Positions 1-9,551 of a stretch of 64,000 nucleotides of DNA are shown here, piece after piece (position 1 is the stretch's first letter; each line of letters begins with the position of its first letter). Position numbers and translations under genes: made by a program. The notes beneath the pieces are model-generated. The model was not told where the DNA came from and ran no database searches. It worked only from the letters and a program-made list of their open reading frames with translations. Origin of the DNA: Deferribacterales bacterium (GTDB lineage: Bacteria > Chrysiogenota > Deferribacteres > Deferribacterales > Geovibrionaceae); contig JBFWLW010000001.1 in the NCBI GenBank assembly GCA_050251945.1, positions 96,001 through 160,000 on the forward strand. The letters are read 5' to 3'.

Positions 1-1365
1 TGGCTGGAACAGTTCCTTATAAAGTGGAAGGGCGAGCTGATGCTTATCACCCACGACAGGGCATTTATGGACAGGGTCGTTACGCATACCCTTGGCATAC
101 ACCGACAGCAGGTTCGCAAAATAAAAGGCGATACCGGCAAGTTTTACGAGCAGATTGCCATGGACGAGGAAATTTACGAAAAGACACGTCAGAACGAAGA
201 GTTGAAACGCAAAGAGGTTGAGCGCTTTGTTGAGCGTTTCAAGTCAAAGGCGAGCCTCGCCAGCCGCGTTCAGTCACGTGTTAAGATGCTTGAGAAGATG
301 GCGAAAAAGGACAAACTGGACGATATTGAAGACCTTGAGTTCTGTTTCAATTACAGTGATATACGCGCCAAAGAGCTTATAAACGTCAGAGAAATAAGTT
401 TCGGGTACGATAAATCGAATCCGCTGATAAAGAATTTCAGTATAACGATAGGTTCTAACGAAAAGATATGTATAATAGGTAAGAACGGAAAGGGTAAAAC
501 CACACTTCTGAAAATGCTGTGCGGGATATCCGAGCCTGACAGCGGCGAGATATCGTGCCATGCGCAGCTTAAGCCCGCCGTTTATGAACAGACAAACGTG
601 CAGAGACTGGGGCTCAACAACACCATTGAGCAGGAGCTCATAGAGGTTGACCCGGTTGTGGACAGGCAGAAAGCGAGAGATGCGGCTGGAACGATGATGT
701 TTTCAGGCGACGACGCGCTGAAAAAGATATCCGTTCTGTCGGGAGGAGAGAAGAGCCGTGTTATGCTGGCGAAAGCTATCCTGCAGCCAGCGAACATACT
801 GTTTCTCGATGAACCGACCAACCATTTGGATATGCAGTCGTGTGATTCTCTGCTGGAAGCAATTGACCAGTTCAAGGGAACAGTTGTTATGGTTACCCAC
901 AACGAGATGTTCCTTAACGCCATAGCAGAACGCCTGATAGTTTTCCGCAACGACACCATAGAGGTTTTTGAGGGCGGATATGAGGAGTTTCTTGAGAAAG
1001 TCGGCTGGGGCGAGGAGTTTTCCGACAAACCGGCGGCACAGGTTTCTTCCAACAGTAAAAAGGAACAAAGAAAACTTCGCTCAGAAATTGTTGCGGAGAA
1101 AGGGAAAGTTCTTAAACCCATTCAGGAACGCCACGACAGGCTCGAAAAAGATATTGCATTTATTGAGAATAAGATAGAGATTTTAAACAAGGAGCTTATT
1201 AAAGCTTCGTCCGGCGGCGACCCGATGGAGATCGCAAGGCTTTCAAAGGAACTGGACGAGGCGAAAAAGAGCGTTGACGATATGCTGGAAGAGTTTCTGG
1301 AGACTGCCGAACAGCTTGAGACACTCACAGCACAGTACGAGGAAAAATTAAATCAGCTCGGCTGA
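1..1365 (+). CDS. ABC-F family ATP-binding protein (5' end outside window)
   Basis: Frame is open from base 1. Linker plus second ABC domain (GKNGKGKT, LSGGE, LDEPTNHLD), C-terminal coiled coil, no TM segments. Confidence 0.9.
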   Translation, partial: WLEQFLIKWKGELMLITHDRAFMDRVVTHTLGIHRQQVRKIKGDTGKFYEQIAMDEEIYEKTRQNEELKRKEVERFVERFKSKASLASRVQSRVKMLEKMAKKDKLDDIEDLEFCFNYSDIRAKELINVREISFGYDKSNPLIKNFSITIGSNEKICIIGKNGKGKTTLLKMLCGISEPDSGEISCHAQLKPAVYEQTNVQRLGLNNTIEQELIEVDPVVDRQKARDAAGTMMFSGDDALKKISVLSGGEKSRVMLAKAILQPANILFLDEPTNHLDMQSCDSLLEAIDQFKGTVVMVTHNEMFLNAIAERLIVFRNDTIEVFEGGYEEFLEKVGWGEEFSDKPAAQVSSNSKKEQRKLRSEIVAEKGKVLKPIQERHDRLEKDIAFIENKIEILNKELIKASSGGDPMEIARLSKELDEAKKSVDDMLEEFLETAEQLETLTAQYEEKLNQLG

Positions 1366-1378
1366 AACGGAGGATAAA

Positions 1379-1654
1379 ATGGCTGACATTAAAGACCTTT
1401 TTTATCTGGGGCTCGGTTCCGCACTCATTGCCAAAGAGAAGATAGAAGACGAGATCAAAGCGCTTGTCGAAAAGGGCAAGATAACAAAAGAACAACAGGT
1501 CGAATTTCTAGCAGAGGCAAGGAAGAAAGCGAAAGAGGAAGAGAAAGAGTTCAGCGAGAAGTTCAAAAAAGTTGTTAAAGATGCTCTGTCCGAAATGGGG
1601 CTTGCCACCAAAGAGGATATTGAAGAGCTGAAAAAGATGATAAACGAAAAATAA
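1379..1654 (+). CDS. Phasin-like / PHA-synthesis-regulator family small protein
   Basis: LFYLGLG...LVEKGKI...LATKEDIEELK pattern; GGAGG RBS; commonly paired with UbiB kinase genes. Confidence 0.75.
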   Translation: MADIKDLFYLGLGSALIAKEKIEDEIKALVEKGKITKEQQVEFLAEARKKAKEEEKEFSEKFKKVVKDALSEMGLATKEDIEELKKMINEK

Positions 1655-1655
1655 T

Positions 1656-3212
1656 TTGCGAAATTTCATCAGATACTATTCGCCGGTCAGGGTATACCAT
1701 GTTTTCAGGGTTATCCTGACCGTTTTTCTGATAATCAGAGGCAGCAAAAGCTTTCTGTTCGTAAAACCGTTGCCGCCTGAAAAGCTTAAAAGCAAAATCA
1801 ACAGTCTGGGTGCGAGCTTTATAAAGCTTGCGCAGGTTCTTGCCACCAGAGCGGATTTTTTCCCTGATAGCTATCTTTTTTATCTGCGCCAGCTCCACGA
1901 CGAGATTTCACCGATGTCCAAAAGCGACTTTGAAAAGATATACGAGCGGGCTTTCGGCGGGCGTGTATGCTTCAAGGAGTTCGATAAAAAACCGATAGCC
2001 AGCGCATCCATCGGTCAGGTGCATAAGGCTAAGCTCATAGATGGCACAGAGGTGGCTGTTAAACTGCGCAGATACGACATAGAGAATGTTATCCGTGCGG
2101 ATATTAACATCCTTGCGTTCTTCCAGAAGCTGTTCAAACCTATGTTTTCTGAAAATACAAAAAACTCTCTGGAATCGGTCATCTCTGAATTCAGCAGGAT
2201 GATAATGAAAGAGGTTGACCTCAATATTGAGATGCTGAACCTCCAGAAGTTTCATGACCTTTATCCCGACAACGGAGTAAGGTTTCCGATAGGATATCCT
2301 GAATGTTCGTGTGCCGATGCGATGGTGATGTCGTTTGAACGGGGATACAGATTTGACGATAAGGAAAATCTGAAAAAGTTGAATATAAGCTTTGAAAAGC
2401 TTATGGCAAAACTGGTGAACTTCTATGTTGATCAGTCATTTATAAAAGGTTTTTTTCATGCCGACCCGCATCCGGGCAATCTGCTTGTGACGGAGGAGGG
2501 CGAACTCATCCTTCTTGATTTCGGCATGGTTCAGAGAATTCCGTCGAAGACCAGACAGAATATCATATCGCTTGTTAAGGCGGCAAATGAAAGGGACTTT
2601 GAAGAATATATAAAGTGCGCGAAAAAGCTTGGCATTATCTCTATAGACGCTCCTGAGTTTGGATTGCAGGATCTTGCGGAGCAGGTGTTCGACATCCTCG
2701 ACAACAACGCTCTGTCGGCACAGAGTATGCAGTCGCTGGCATACGCGCTGATGGATTCACTGAAATCTGTGCCGTACAAACTGCCGCAGGAGGCAGTTTA
2801 TCTTATGCGAATGAGTTCCATCATTGAGGGGCTTGGCACTAACTATATACATAACTTTAACGGTATCAAAGATATACTGCCTATTCTGAAAGACAGGATG
2901 CCGGAGGCGCTTGGATTTACCGACGGGTTGTGGGAGACTGCAAAACGCGAGACAATTGAGCTTCCGCTTACACTGAAAAAGATTAAGAAAGTCGTTAACG
3001 ACCTCAGCGGCAATAACCTTGAGGTTCGCATATCCCCCGACGATAAGGAGGCTTTGAAGCTGGCGCTGAAAAAATATCTGCGCCCGATCTTCGCCGGAAT
3101 ACTGCTGATCGTAACTGCTTTCTTCGTTCAGGGTTCACAGCTGCCACACCACGAATATTTTTCATACATCCTGTATTTCGCAGGCATGCTTAAAATCACC
3201 TTTTCCGTTTAG
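1656..3212 (+). CDS. AarF/ABC1/UbiB kinase family protein
   Basis: IKLAQ, ASASIGQVH, VAVK, FHADPHPGN, LDFGM motifs; C-terminal TM helices; TTG start. Confidence 0.9.
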   Translation: MRNFIRYYSPVRVYHVFRVILTVFLIIRGSKSFLFVKPLPPEKLKSKINSLGASFIKLAQVLATRADFFPDSYLFYLRQLHDEISPMSKSDFEKIYERAFGGRVCFKEFDKKPIASASIGQVHKAKLIDGTEVAVKLRRYDIENVIRADINILAFFQKLFKPMFSENTKNSLESVISEFSRMIMKEVDLNIEMLNLQKFHDLYPDNGVRFPIGYPECSCADAMVMSFERGYRFDDKENLKKLNISFEKLMAKLVNFYVDQSFIKGFFHADPHPGNLLVTEEGELILLDFGMVQRIPSKTRQNIISLVKAANERDFEEYIKCAKKLGIISIDAPEFGLQDLAEQVFDILDNNALSAQSMQSLAYALMDSLKSVPYKLPQEAVYLMRMSSIIEGLGTNYIHNFNGIKDILPILKDRMPEALGFTDGLWETAKRETIELPLTLKKIKKVVNDLSGNNLEVRISPDDKEALKLALKKYLRPIFAGILLIVTAFFVQGSQLPHHEYFSYILYFAGMLKITFSV

Positions 3213-4030
3213 TAACTTATTGTCATCCCTGCTTTTGTGAAAATCACTTTGTCACCCAGTGCCGATTTGATGGCAAAAGATGCGTCAATTCCAGTGCAGT
3301 GTCCTGTTGCGATGGTTCCTATATCCTCCGCCTGAAGAACAGCTATAACCTTTTGGGTATATGAGCTTTCTGAGCGGAACAGGTGCAGTCCGCCTGTCAG
3401 CGAGAGTATTTTTGTATACGGAAACAGTTTTTTTGCAAAATTGATAAGGTTTTCCGGTCCGCAGTGGGTGCAGCCGGTTACGATGTGTATTCCTTCATCT
3501 TCGCGGACGATCAGAAACTGTTCGTCACGGAATTTGTCTTTTGCCGTTATGCCGTCGATTTCCGCAAACAGTTTGCCGTCTGAGTCAAATTCAACTGTTC
3601 TTTCTATGGTGCCGGATAGGAAAATGTCTGGAAATATTTCTGTCATGCCTTTATTCAGATGCAGTTTAAATCTGCGTTCAATATCTCCTCTGGTGCCGCC
3701 GAATCCGATAAAGTCATAGGTGGTCTTGCCGTTGTCCAGTTTGAGGTGGTTTTCAAATATGTATTTTGAGGCGTAGATGTCGCCGGAAATTTCCGCACAT
3801 TCGGCAATATGCTTTGAAAGTCCGCCGGTGTGGTCGTAATGACCGTGGGAAAGGGCTATACAGTCTGCATTTTCTATACCGAGCTGCTTAACGTTATTTA
3901 TGAATCCGTCACCCTGTCCGGTGTCAAACAGGACTGTTTTACCTTTCGCTGTTATAAGGCAGGAAAAGCCGTGTTCCGCCAGAAGTCCTGTGCTGTCAAC
4001 ATAGTTATCTGTTATTATTCTTATTTCCAT
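3209..4030 (-). CDS. MBL-fold metallo-hydrolase
   Basis: AEHGFS, FDTG, SHGHYDHTGG, TGCTH, GGLH, GHCTG motifs. Confidence 0.9.
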   Translation of the reverse strand: MEIRIITDNYVDSTGLLAEHGFSCLITAKGKTVLFDTGQGDGFINNVKQLGIENADCIALSHGHYDHTGGLSKHIAECAEISGDIYASKYIFENHLKLDNGKTTYDFIGFGGTRGDIERRFKLHLNKGMTEIFPDIFLSGTIERTVEFDSDGKLFAEIDGITAKDKFRDEQFLIVREDEGIHIVTGCTHCGPENLINFAKKLFPYTKILSLTGGLHLFRSESSYTQKVIAVLQAEDIGTIATGHCTGIDASFAIKSALGDKVIFTKAGMTISY

Positions 4031-4065
4031 TGAAAATCTTAGCATAATTTAATCAGGATGGGAAA

Positions 4066-4130
4066 AGGTTTCAGGATGAAACCCGCGAAGAGAGAAACCG
4101 AGTATTCGGTTGAACGAGCGAAACGTGAGC
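4066..4130. repeat. Dispersed repeat family B (shares a 21-nt exact core with 31951-31971, inverted)
   Basis: AGGTTTCAGGATGAAACCCGC at 4066-4086 is the reverse complement of 31951-31971. Confidence 0.65.
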
Positions 4131-4194
4131 GGAGGAAGGCTCTGCCGACCACTAGAGCGTACTCCATAATAGATAACGCATCTTAGAAAAAATA

Positions 4195-4221
4195 TCAAAA
4201 TCAAATCAAATCAAATCAAAT
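4195..4221 (+). repeat. TCAAA pentanucleotide microsatellite
   Basis: TCAAAA followed by (TCAAA)x4 at 4201-4220. Confidence 0.9.
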
Positions 4222-4303
4222 GAGATCGCTTCGTCGCTGAAGCTTCTCGCGAAGACTTTTATTTCTACCAGTCCTGCGAACCCTGCAGGGGTGAAGCAGT
4301 CTC
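4222..4303. repeat. CGTC-type REP palindrome pair
   Basis: GAGATCGCTTCG...CTCGCGAAGAC / GTCCTGCGAA...GAAGCAGTCTC; same family as the other intergenic copies. Confidence 0.8.
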
Positions 4304-4350
4304 ACCCTGATAGTACGCAATACTATTTATGAGATATGTTCTTGCCGCAG

Positions 4351-4453
4351 GCTGAATGAGTCGAAATATTGCTATTTACCTTACGGAGCGTTGAGAAATT
4401 TTTTAGCTGGCTATGAACAGAAACATTTGCATAGTTTAGTGCAAATGTTTTGT
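4351..4453. repeat. Dispersed repeat family C (AAACATTTGC...GCAAATGTTT hairpin plus GCTGAA(A)TGAGTC motif)
   Basis: Hairpin ACAGAAACATTTGCA...GCAAATGTTTT also at 14964-14996; GCTGAATGAGTC matches the reverse complement of about 14942-14954 with one indel. Confidence 0.6.
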
Positions 4454-4482
4454 CCATGGATGGGAAAATTTCTATGTTAAAT

Positions 4483-4513
4483 AAAAAAAAGCGGACAGTA
4501 ATGTCCGCTTTTT
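4483..4513 (-). terminator. Intrinsic terminator after glnA (potentially bidirectional)
   Basis: A8-GCGGACA-gtaa-TGTCCGC-T5. Confidence 0.85.
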
Positions 4514-4535
4514 AATATTTTTTTCGATTGGCTTA

Positions 4536-5945
4536 TTAAGCGTCGAAGTAGAGTTTGAACTCGTAAGGGTGAGGTCTGCTGTCGATAGCAGATATCTCGT
4601 TTGCTCTCTTGTACTCGATCCAGCTTGAGATAACGTCTTCAGTGAAAACATCGCCTTTAAGAAGGAAGTCGTGGTCTTTCTCAAGAGCGTTGATAGACTG
4701 AGAAAGAGAAGAAGGCATTTGGGGAATTGCAGACAGCTCGATAGGATCGAGGTCATACAGGTTTTTATCCATAGGCTCGCCCGGATCAATTTTGTTCTGG
4801 ATACCGTCAAGACCTGCAAGCAGCATAACGGAGAACGCAAGATAGGGGTTGCAAAGAGCATCGGGGAATCTGATCTCAATACGTTTGGCCTTGGGAGAGG
4901 GAGAGTACATCGGGATTCTGATGGAAGCTGATCTGTTTCTTGAAGAGTAAGCCAGAGAAACGGGAGCTTCAAATCCGGGTACAAGTCTTTTGTATGAGTT
5001 AGTTGTAGGGTTTGTAAATGCAGCGATGGTATGAGCGTGTTTGATGATACCACCGATGTAGTAAAGAGCCATTTCGCTCATTCCTGCATACTGCTCACCG
5101 GCGAAAAGAGGTTTGCCGTCTTTCCAGAGTGACTGGTGAACGTGCATACCGGAACCGTTGTCGCCGTGGAGAGGTTTAGGCATGAAAGTGGCTGTCTGAC
5201 CGTGAGCTTTCGCAACGTTTCTTACAACGTATTTGTAAGTCATAAGCTGGTCAGCCATTTTAAGCATGTTTTCAAATTTCATATCGATTTCGCACTGACC
5301 GCCAGTTGCAACTTCGTGGTGAGAGTTTTCGATAACGAGACCGAGTGACTCCATAGTCATAACCATTTCGTTACGAACGTCCCACAGAGAGTCAACGGGG
5401 GGAGCGGGGAAATATCCGCCTTTGTTAGCTACTTTGTAGCCAAGGTTTTTGCCTTCTGCGCCTGTGTTCCAGTCGCCTTCTTCAGAATCAATGAAGAAGT
5501 AGCCTGTGTTTCTTGTATAGTCGAACTGAATGTTGTCGAACAGGAAGAACTCTGCTTCGGGTCCGAAGTATGCAGTATCAGCGATACCTGTAGACTGAAG
5601 GTATTTAACAGCTTTTTTAGCTATGTTTCTTGGGTCTCTTGAGTAGGGTTCCTTGCTGATCGGGTCGAAAATGTTGCAGATCATGTAAAGGATAGGAAGC
5701 TCTGCAAAGGGATCAATCTTAGCAGTTGAGGGATCGGGAACCATGATCATGTCTGAGTTATTGATTGCCTGCCAGCCGCGGATGGAAGAACCGTCGAAGC
5801 CCATTCCGTTTTCAAAGAAGTCTTCATCAACCATATGTGCGGGGATAGTGGTATGCTGCCATGTGCCGATGAAGTCAACAAACTTCATATCGACCATTTT
5901 GATACCGTTTTCTTTAATCATCTTGAGAACATCTTTCGGTGTCAT
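4536..5945 (-). CDS. glnA: Glutamine synthetase type I
   Basis: [33 protein letters not shown], adenylylation-site region KNLYDL. Confidence 0.98.
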   Translation of the reverse strand: MTPKDVLKMIKENGIKMVDMKFVDFIGTWQHTTIPAHMVDEDFFENGMGFDGSSIRGWQAINNSDMIMVPDPSTAKIDPFAELPILYMICNIFDPISKEPYSRDPRNIAKKAVKYLQSTGIADTAYFGPEAEFFLFDNIQFDYTRNTGYFFIDSEEGDWNTGAEGKNLGYKVANKGGYFPAPPVDSLWDVRNEMVMTMESLGLVIENSHHEVATGGQCEIDMKFENMLKMADQLMTYKYVVRNVAKAHGQTATFMPKPLHGDNGSGMHVHQSLWKDGKPLFAGEQYAGMSEMALYYIGGIIKHAHTIAAFTNPTTNSYKRLVPGFEAPVSLAYSSRNRSASIRIPMYSPSPKAKRIEIRFPDALCNPYLAFSVMLLAGLDGIQNKIDPGEPMDKNLYDLDPIELSAIPQMPSSLSQSINALEKDHDFLLKGDVFTEDVISSWIEYKRANEISAIDSRPHPYEFKLYFDA

Positions 5946-5975
5946 ATTGCCTCCTGGGAATATATATGCTTGGGA

Positions 5976-6428
<453 letters not shown>

Positions 6429-6439
6429 TCAGTATCTGT

Positions 6440-7114
6440 CTATTTCTTGACCATGACAGACTTTATCAGCTCAATTCTGGTTGCTATATCATCCGCATTT
6501 TCACCCTGTTTTATGCGGGCGTTTTTAATAATTATCAGGTCTCTAAGTAAGTTAAGGCTCCATCCGTGATATTTGTCGATATCGAGAGCCTTTTCGGCAA
6601 GCTCTTCGGAGCGTTTCGGATTGTCTATTATATAGTCAACGGCTGCTTTTCTCAACAGTCTTGTTTTTGTAACATCATCAAACTTTGAGTCGGTCGCTAT
6701 GTATGCCAGTTTTTCCCTGTCCGTACCCTCAATGCTTCTGAAAGGTTCCGGCAGTTTGTTGCCGTCATATTTCTGCCCTGCGAGATAGAGAACGCTCTGC
6801 TGCTCCTCTTCGCATGCGCCGAGGTCTGCATACTTCTTAGCCAGTTCCAGAACTGCGGGGTCTTCCTCTCCCTCTTCGAGAACGTATCTGCCCAGATATA
6901 TCCTTGAGAGGTTGCAGAGAGAATCGACCTTTCTGAACTGCGCCTCCGCTTTATAAAAATAGCTTTCGGCGACTTTCGGTTCGCCTTTCAGGTAGTTTTC
7001 CATATATACGTTAAAGAATCTGCTGCCGTAAAGGAAATCCGGCGAACTTTGGGGTTTGCCTGCGCATGAATACAGCAGGACTGCGGTCGTTAATATAATG
7101 ATAAGGTTTCTCAC
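6440..7114 (-). CDS. Putative lipoprotein, helical/TPR-like, last gene of the Mce operon
   Basis: Signal peptide with lipobox-like LYSC; overlaps the mlaD-like stop. Confidence 0.7.
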   Translation of the reverse strand: MRNLIIILTTAVLLYSCAGKPQSSPDFLYGSRFFNVYMENYLKGEPKVAESYFYKAEAQFRKVDSLCNLSRIYLGRYVLEEGEEDPAVLELAKKYADLGACEEEQQSVLYLAGQKYDGNKLPEPFRSIEGTDREKLAYIATDSKFDDVTKTRLLRKAAVDYIIDNPKRSEELAEKALDIDKYHGWSLNLLRDLIIIKNARIKQGENADDIATRIELIKSVMVKK

Positions 7115-8139
7115 GGCAGTTTTACCTTCTCTCCCGCTTTTCTTGAAGTGGAGCTGTTAAACGGCCATTTTTCCTCAAGATTCAGGAGTATTCTGTTGGA
7201 TGTGTTCATTATATCGTCCGTCTGCTGGCGCAGATCCTTCAGATTTGTTGTGGTTTCAGACACATCCGTGGATATTTTGTTTGCGTTTTCCACTGTCTTC
7301 TGGAGTTTTGTGACAGTGCTGTCTATGTTTCGCGCCAGTTTGCCAATGTCCTCGGCTCCGTCCTTGATGGCGAGGATACCCTTGTCAAGATCGGCTATGG
7401 CGGGTTTTGTTTCCGTAACGCGGTCGTTAACGCCGTCAACGGCTGTATCGACCTTGTTTGTTATCTCTATGAGATTATCCTGGGTTATGGCGAGTCTGTT
7501 CATGATCGCCTCAACTTCGTTCTTAAGATAATCAGACCGGGTGAGGAAGCCCACTGAACCCTCTTTTTTAGATACGTCACCGCCGAAATCCCCAAGCCCC
7601 TGCATGAGGTCTTCGATACTCTGTCTCTTGCCGGCAACGGATGTTGTGACCTTGTCAACATTCTCAAGTATGTTTTTAACGTTGTCCAGCATGGGTTCAA
7701 ACTTCTTTATGATGTCGGCTATCGCCTGTTCTCTGGTCAGTTTATATGTTTGTCCGTCGTCAATATCGTTCTTTGAATCAATTCCGCCGGAAAGCACGAT
7801 TGCATTGGCTCCTATGACTCCCTGCGCCTGTATTTTTGCCTGAGATTCAGGCTTAACCCACTTTTTGTAGCGTACAGGTATTTTTGCTTTTAATTCCACA
7901 AAACCGTCGTCCCTGAGTTCAACGCTGTAAACTTTAGCCAACTGAAAGCCGGAATACATAACGGGCATGCTTTTTGTGAGCCCTTCGCCGGATTCCGATA
8001 TGAAAACGACCTTGACCTTGGAGGTGAAAAAGTTCTGCGTTATAAGAAATCCCGTGAGGAAAGCAAAAGACAGTACGAGGGCTACGAAAATGAAAAGCCC
8101 TACTTTGAATTCGATGTTTTTAAATCGCGGGTCACCCAT
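7111..8139 (-). CDS. MlaD/MCE family protein with long helical extension
   Basis: EFKVGLF TM segment, EGLTKSMPVMYSGFQLAKV MCE signature, coiled-coil C-terminus. Confidence 0.85.
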   Translation of the reverse strand: MGDPRFKNIEFKVGLFIFVALVLSFAFLTGFLITQNFFTSKVKVVFISESGEGLTKSMPVMYSGFQLAKVYSVELRDDGFVELKAKIPVRYKKWVKPESQAKIQAQGVIGANAIVLSGGIDSKNDIDDGQTYKLTREQAIADIIKKFEPMLDNVKNILENVDKVTTSVAGKRQSIEDLMQGLGDFGGDVSKKEGSVGFLTRSDYLKNEVEAIMNRLAITQDNLIEITNKVDTAVDGVNDRVTETKPAIADLDKGILAIKDGAEDIGKLARNIDSTVTKLQKTVENANKISTDVSETTTNLKDLRQQTDDIMNTSNRILLNLEEKWPFNSSTSRKAGEKVKLP

Positions 8140-8627
8140 GTGTCAAAATCCTTCTCTGTATAATCCTGCATATCGTTAAACAGGTGTCTGTGGTTTTCAT
8201 GGTCTATGATAACCGATTTTTTTAAATCTTCACAGCGTAAAAATTGGTGAAATTTCTCTTCATATTCTGCGATGTACATTCTTCTCGGGCTGAAAAATAC
8301 GATCCATTCCGCACGAAGATATTTTACCTGTAAATATTTGACAATCATCTTCTGGTAATCGTTCAGCTGGTTGTTCCGGAAGTGCATGATATCGTTCAGT
8401 CCGAAGGTTTCAATATCTTTTGATACTACATCCATTGCGTCCTGATAAGTTATTTTATGATGATATGTCAGCGGCAGAAGAATATTCTCTATCACCGACA
8501 GATTGCCTATGATTGGAAAAAAAGAGGACACAAGACCGATCCGCTTATTTTCTACAATATCCATAAGGGTTTTAAGCCACTCTTTCATCTGGTCTTCTGA
8601 TTTATAATATATGAGATAGTTATTCAT
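8100..8627 (-). CDS. Degenerate MlaF-like ABC ATPase fragment (no Walker A/B)
   Basis: RIGLV...NLSVIENILLPL resembles the ABC Q-loop/helical subdomain; lies between mlaE-like and mlaD-like genes. Confidence 0.6.
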   Translation of the reverse strand: MNNYLIYYKSEDQMKEWLKTLMDIVENKRIGLVSSFFPIIGNLSVIENILLPLTYHHKITYQDAMDVVSKDIETFGLNDIMHFRNNQLNDYQKMIVKYLQVKYLRAEWIVFFSPRRMYIAEYEEKFHQFLRCEDLKKSVIIDHENHRHLFNDMQDYTEKDFDTWVTRDLKTSNSK

Positions 8628-9400
8628 ATGAACGTTCCTACTACTTCAACAATTATAATTGCATAAAAGAGACGCTGCATACCTCTTAAAAGTGATATTG
8701 GAATTTCCGTGACAGCATTTCCCGTTTCCAGAGCAGTGTATATCGGTATGGACATTAAAAAATATCCGCCGAGGGCAACTTTTATAAAAAATGCCAATAG
8801 TGTATCGACCGTAAAGGCGTCAAAGATTGTACCTATCAGGAAATCAAATGATATATTAAGATTAAAACTAAGTATAAGATATCCGCCTATTATGGCAATG
8901 TATATAAAAATTACCGAAAGAACGGACAGACACACTATGCCAGAAACTATCCTTGGCACATATAGATATACAAAAGGGTTTATTGATAGCGATTTAAGGG
9001 TGTCGATCTCGCTGTTCATTTTCATTAGTGCTATTTCAGCCGTTACTGCGGTTGAGGATCTGAGTGTGAGAAGTATCATTGTAACAAGTGGTGCAAGGTG
9101 TTTGATCGTAATGGTCACAAGTACCGACCCGACGGCATCCTGCGCGCCGAACTGAACCATGAAAGGGGTGAGCCCGCCGACAAGAGTGAGACCTATCGCA
9201 ACGGAAACTAATGAAAACATGGGGAGTATCTGAACCCCCGTGAAATATATCTGACGAAGAAACACAAGCTGCACAGAGGGATAGAATATGTGGGGATTAA
9301 AACACCCTTTGAAAAACGAAACAGTAAAGGCAAAGTATCCGATGAAGAATTGTATCGACGCGATAGCCTTCTGTCCCAGCGCTGTTATGAGTCTTTTCAT
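8624..9400 (-). CDS. MlaE family ABC permease
   Basis: RQIYFTG, LAPLVT, RSSTAVTAEIALMK..EIDTL, PRI motifs; several TM segments. Confidence 0.9.
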   Translation of the reverse strand: MKRLITALGQKAIASIQFFIGYFAFTVSFFKGCFNPHIFYPSVQLVFLRQIYFTGVQILPMFSLVSVAIGLTLVGGLTPFMVQFGAQDAVGSVLVTITIKHLAPLVTMILLTLRSSTAVTAEIALMKMNSEIDTLKSLSINPFVYLYVPRIVSGIVCLSVLSVIFIYIAIIGGYLILSFNLNISFDFLIGTIFDAFTVDTLLAFFIKVALGGYFLMSIPIYTALETGNAVTEIPISLLRGMQRLFYAIIIVEVVGTFI

Positions 9401-9448
9401 AAAAAAGATTATATATCATTCTTTTGCCGAATGGAATAAGAAATCTAG

Positions 9449-9477
9449 TTGACGACGATATTGAAAAAATGTATAGT
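9449..9477 (+). promoter_or_regulatory. Sigma70-type promoter for PFOR
   Basis: TTGACG-N17-TATAGT. Confidence 0.6.
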
Positions 9478-9551
9478 AAAACAGCCTTTTAACTTTTAAT
9501 TACATCGAATAAGTTTAGAACTTATTTTTAATTATTACAGGAGTGAATGGT

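Noticed and set aside
4195..4303. Repeats as a possible CRISPR array
   Set aside because: No constant repeat with regularly sized unique spacers, and no cas genes.
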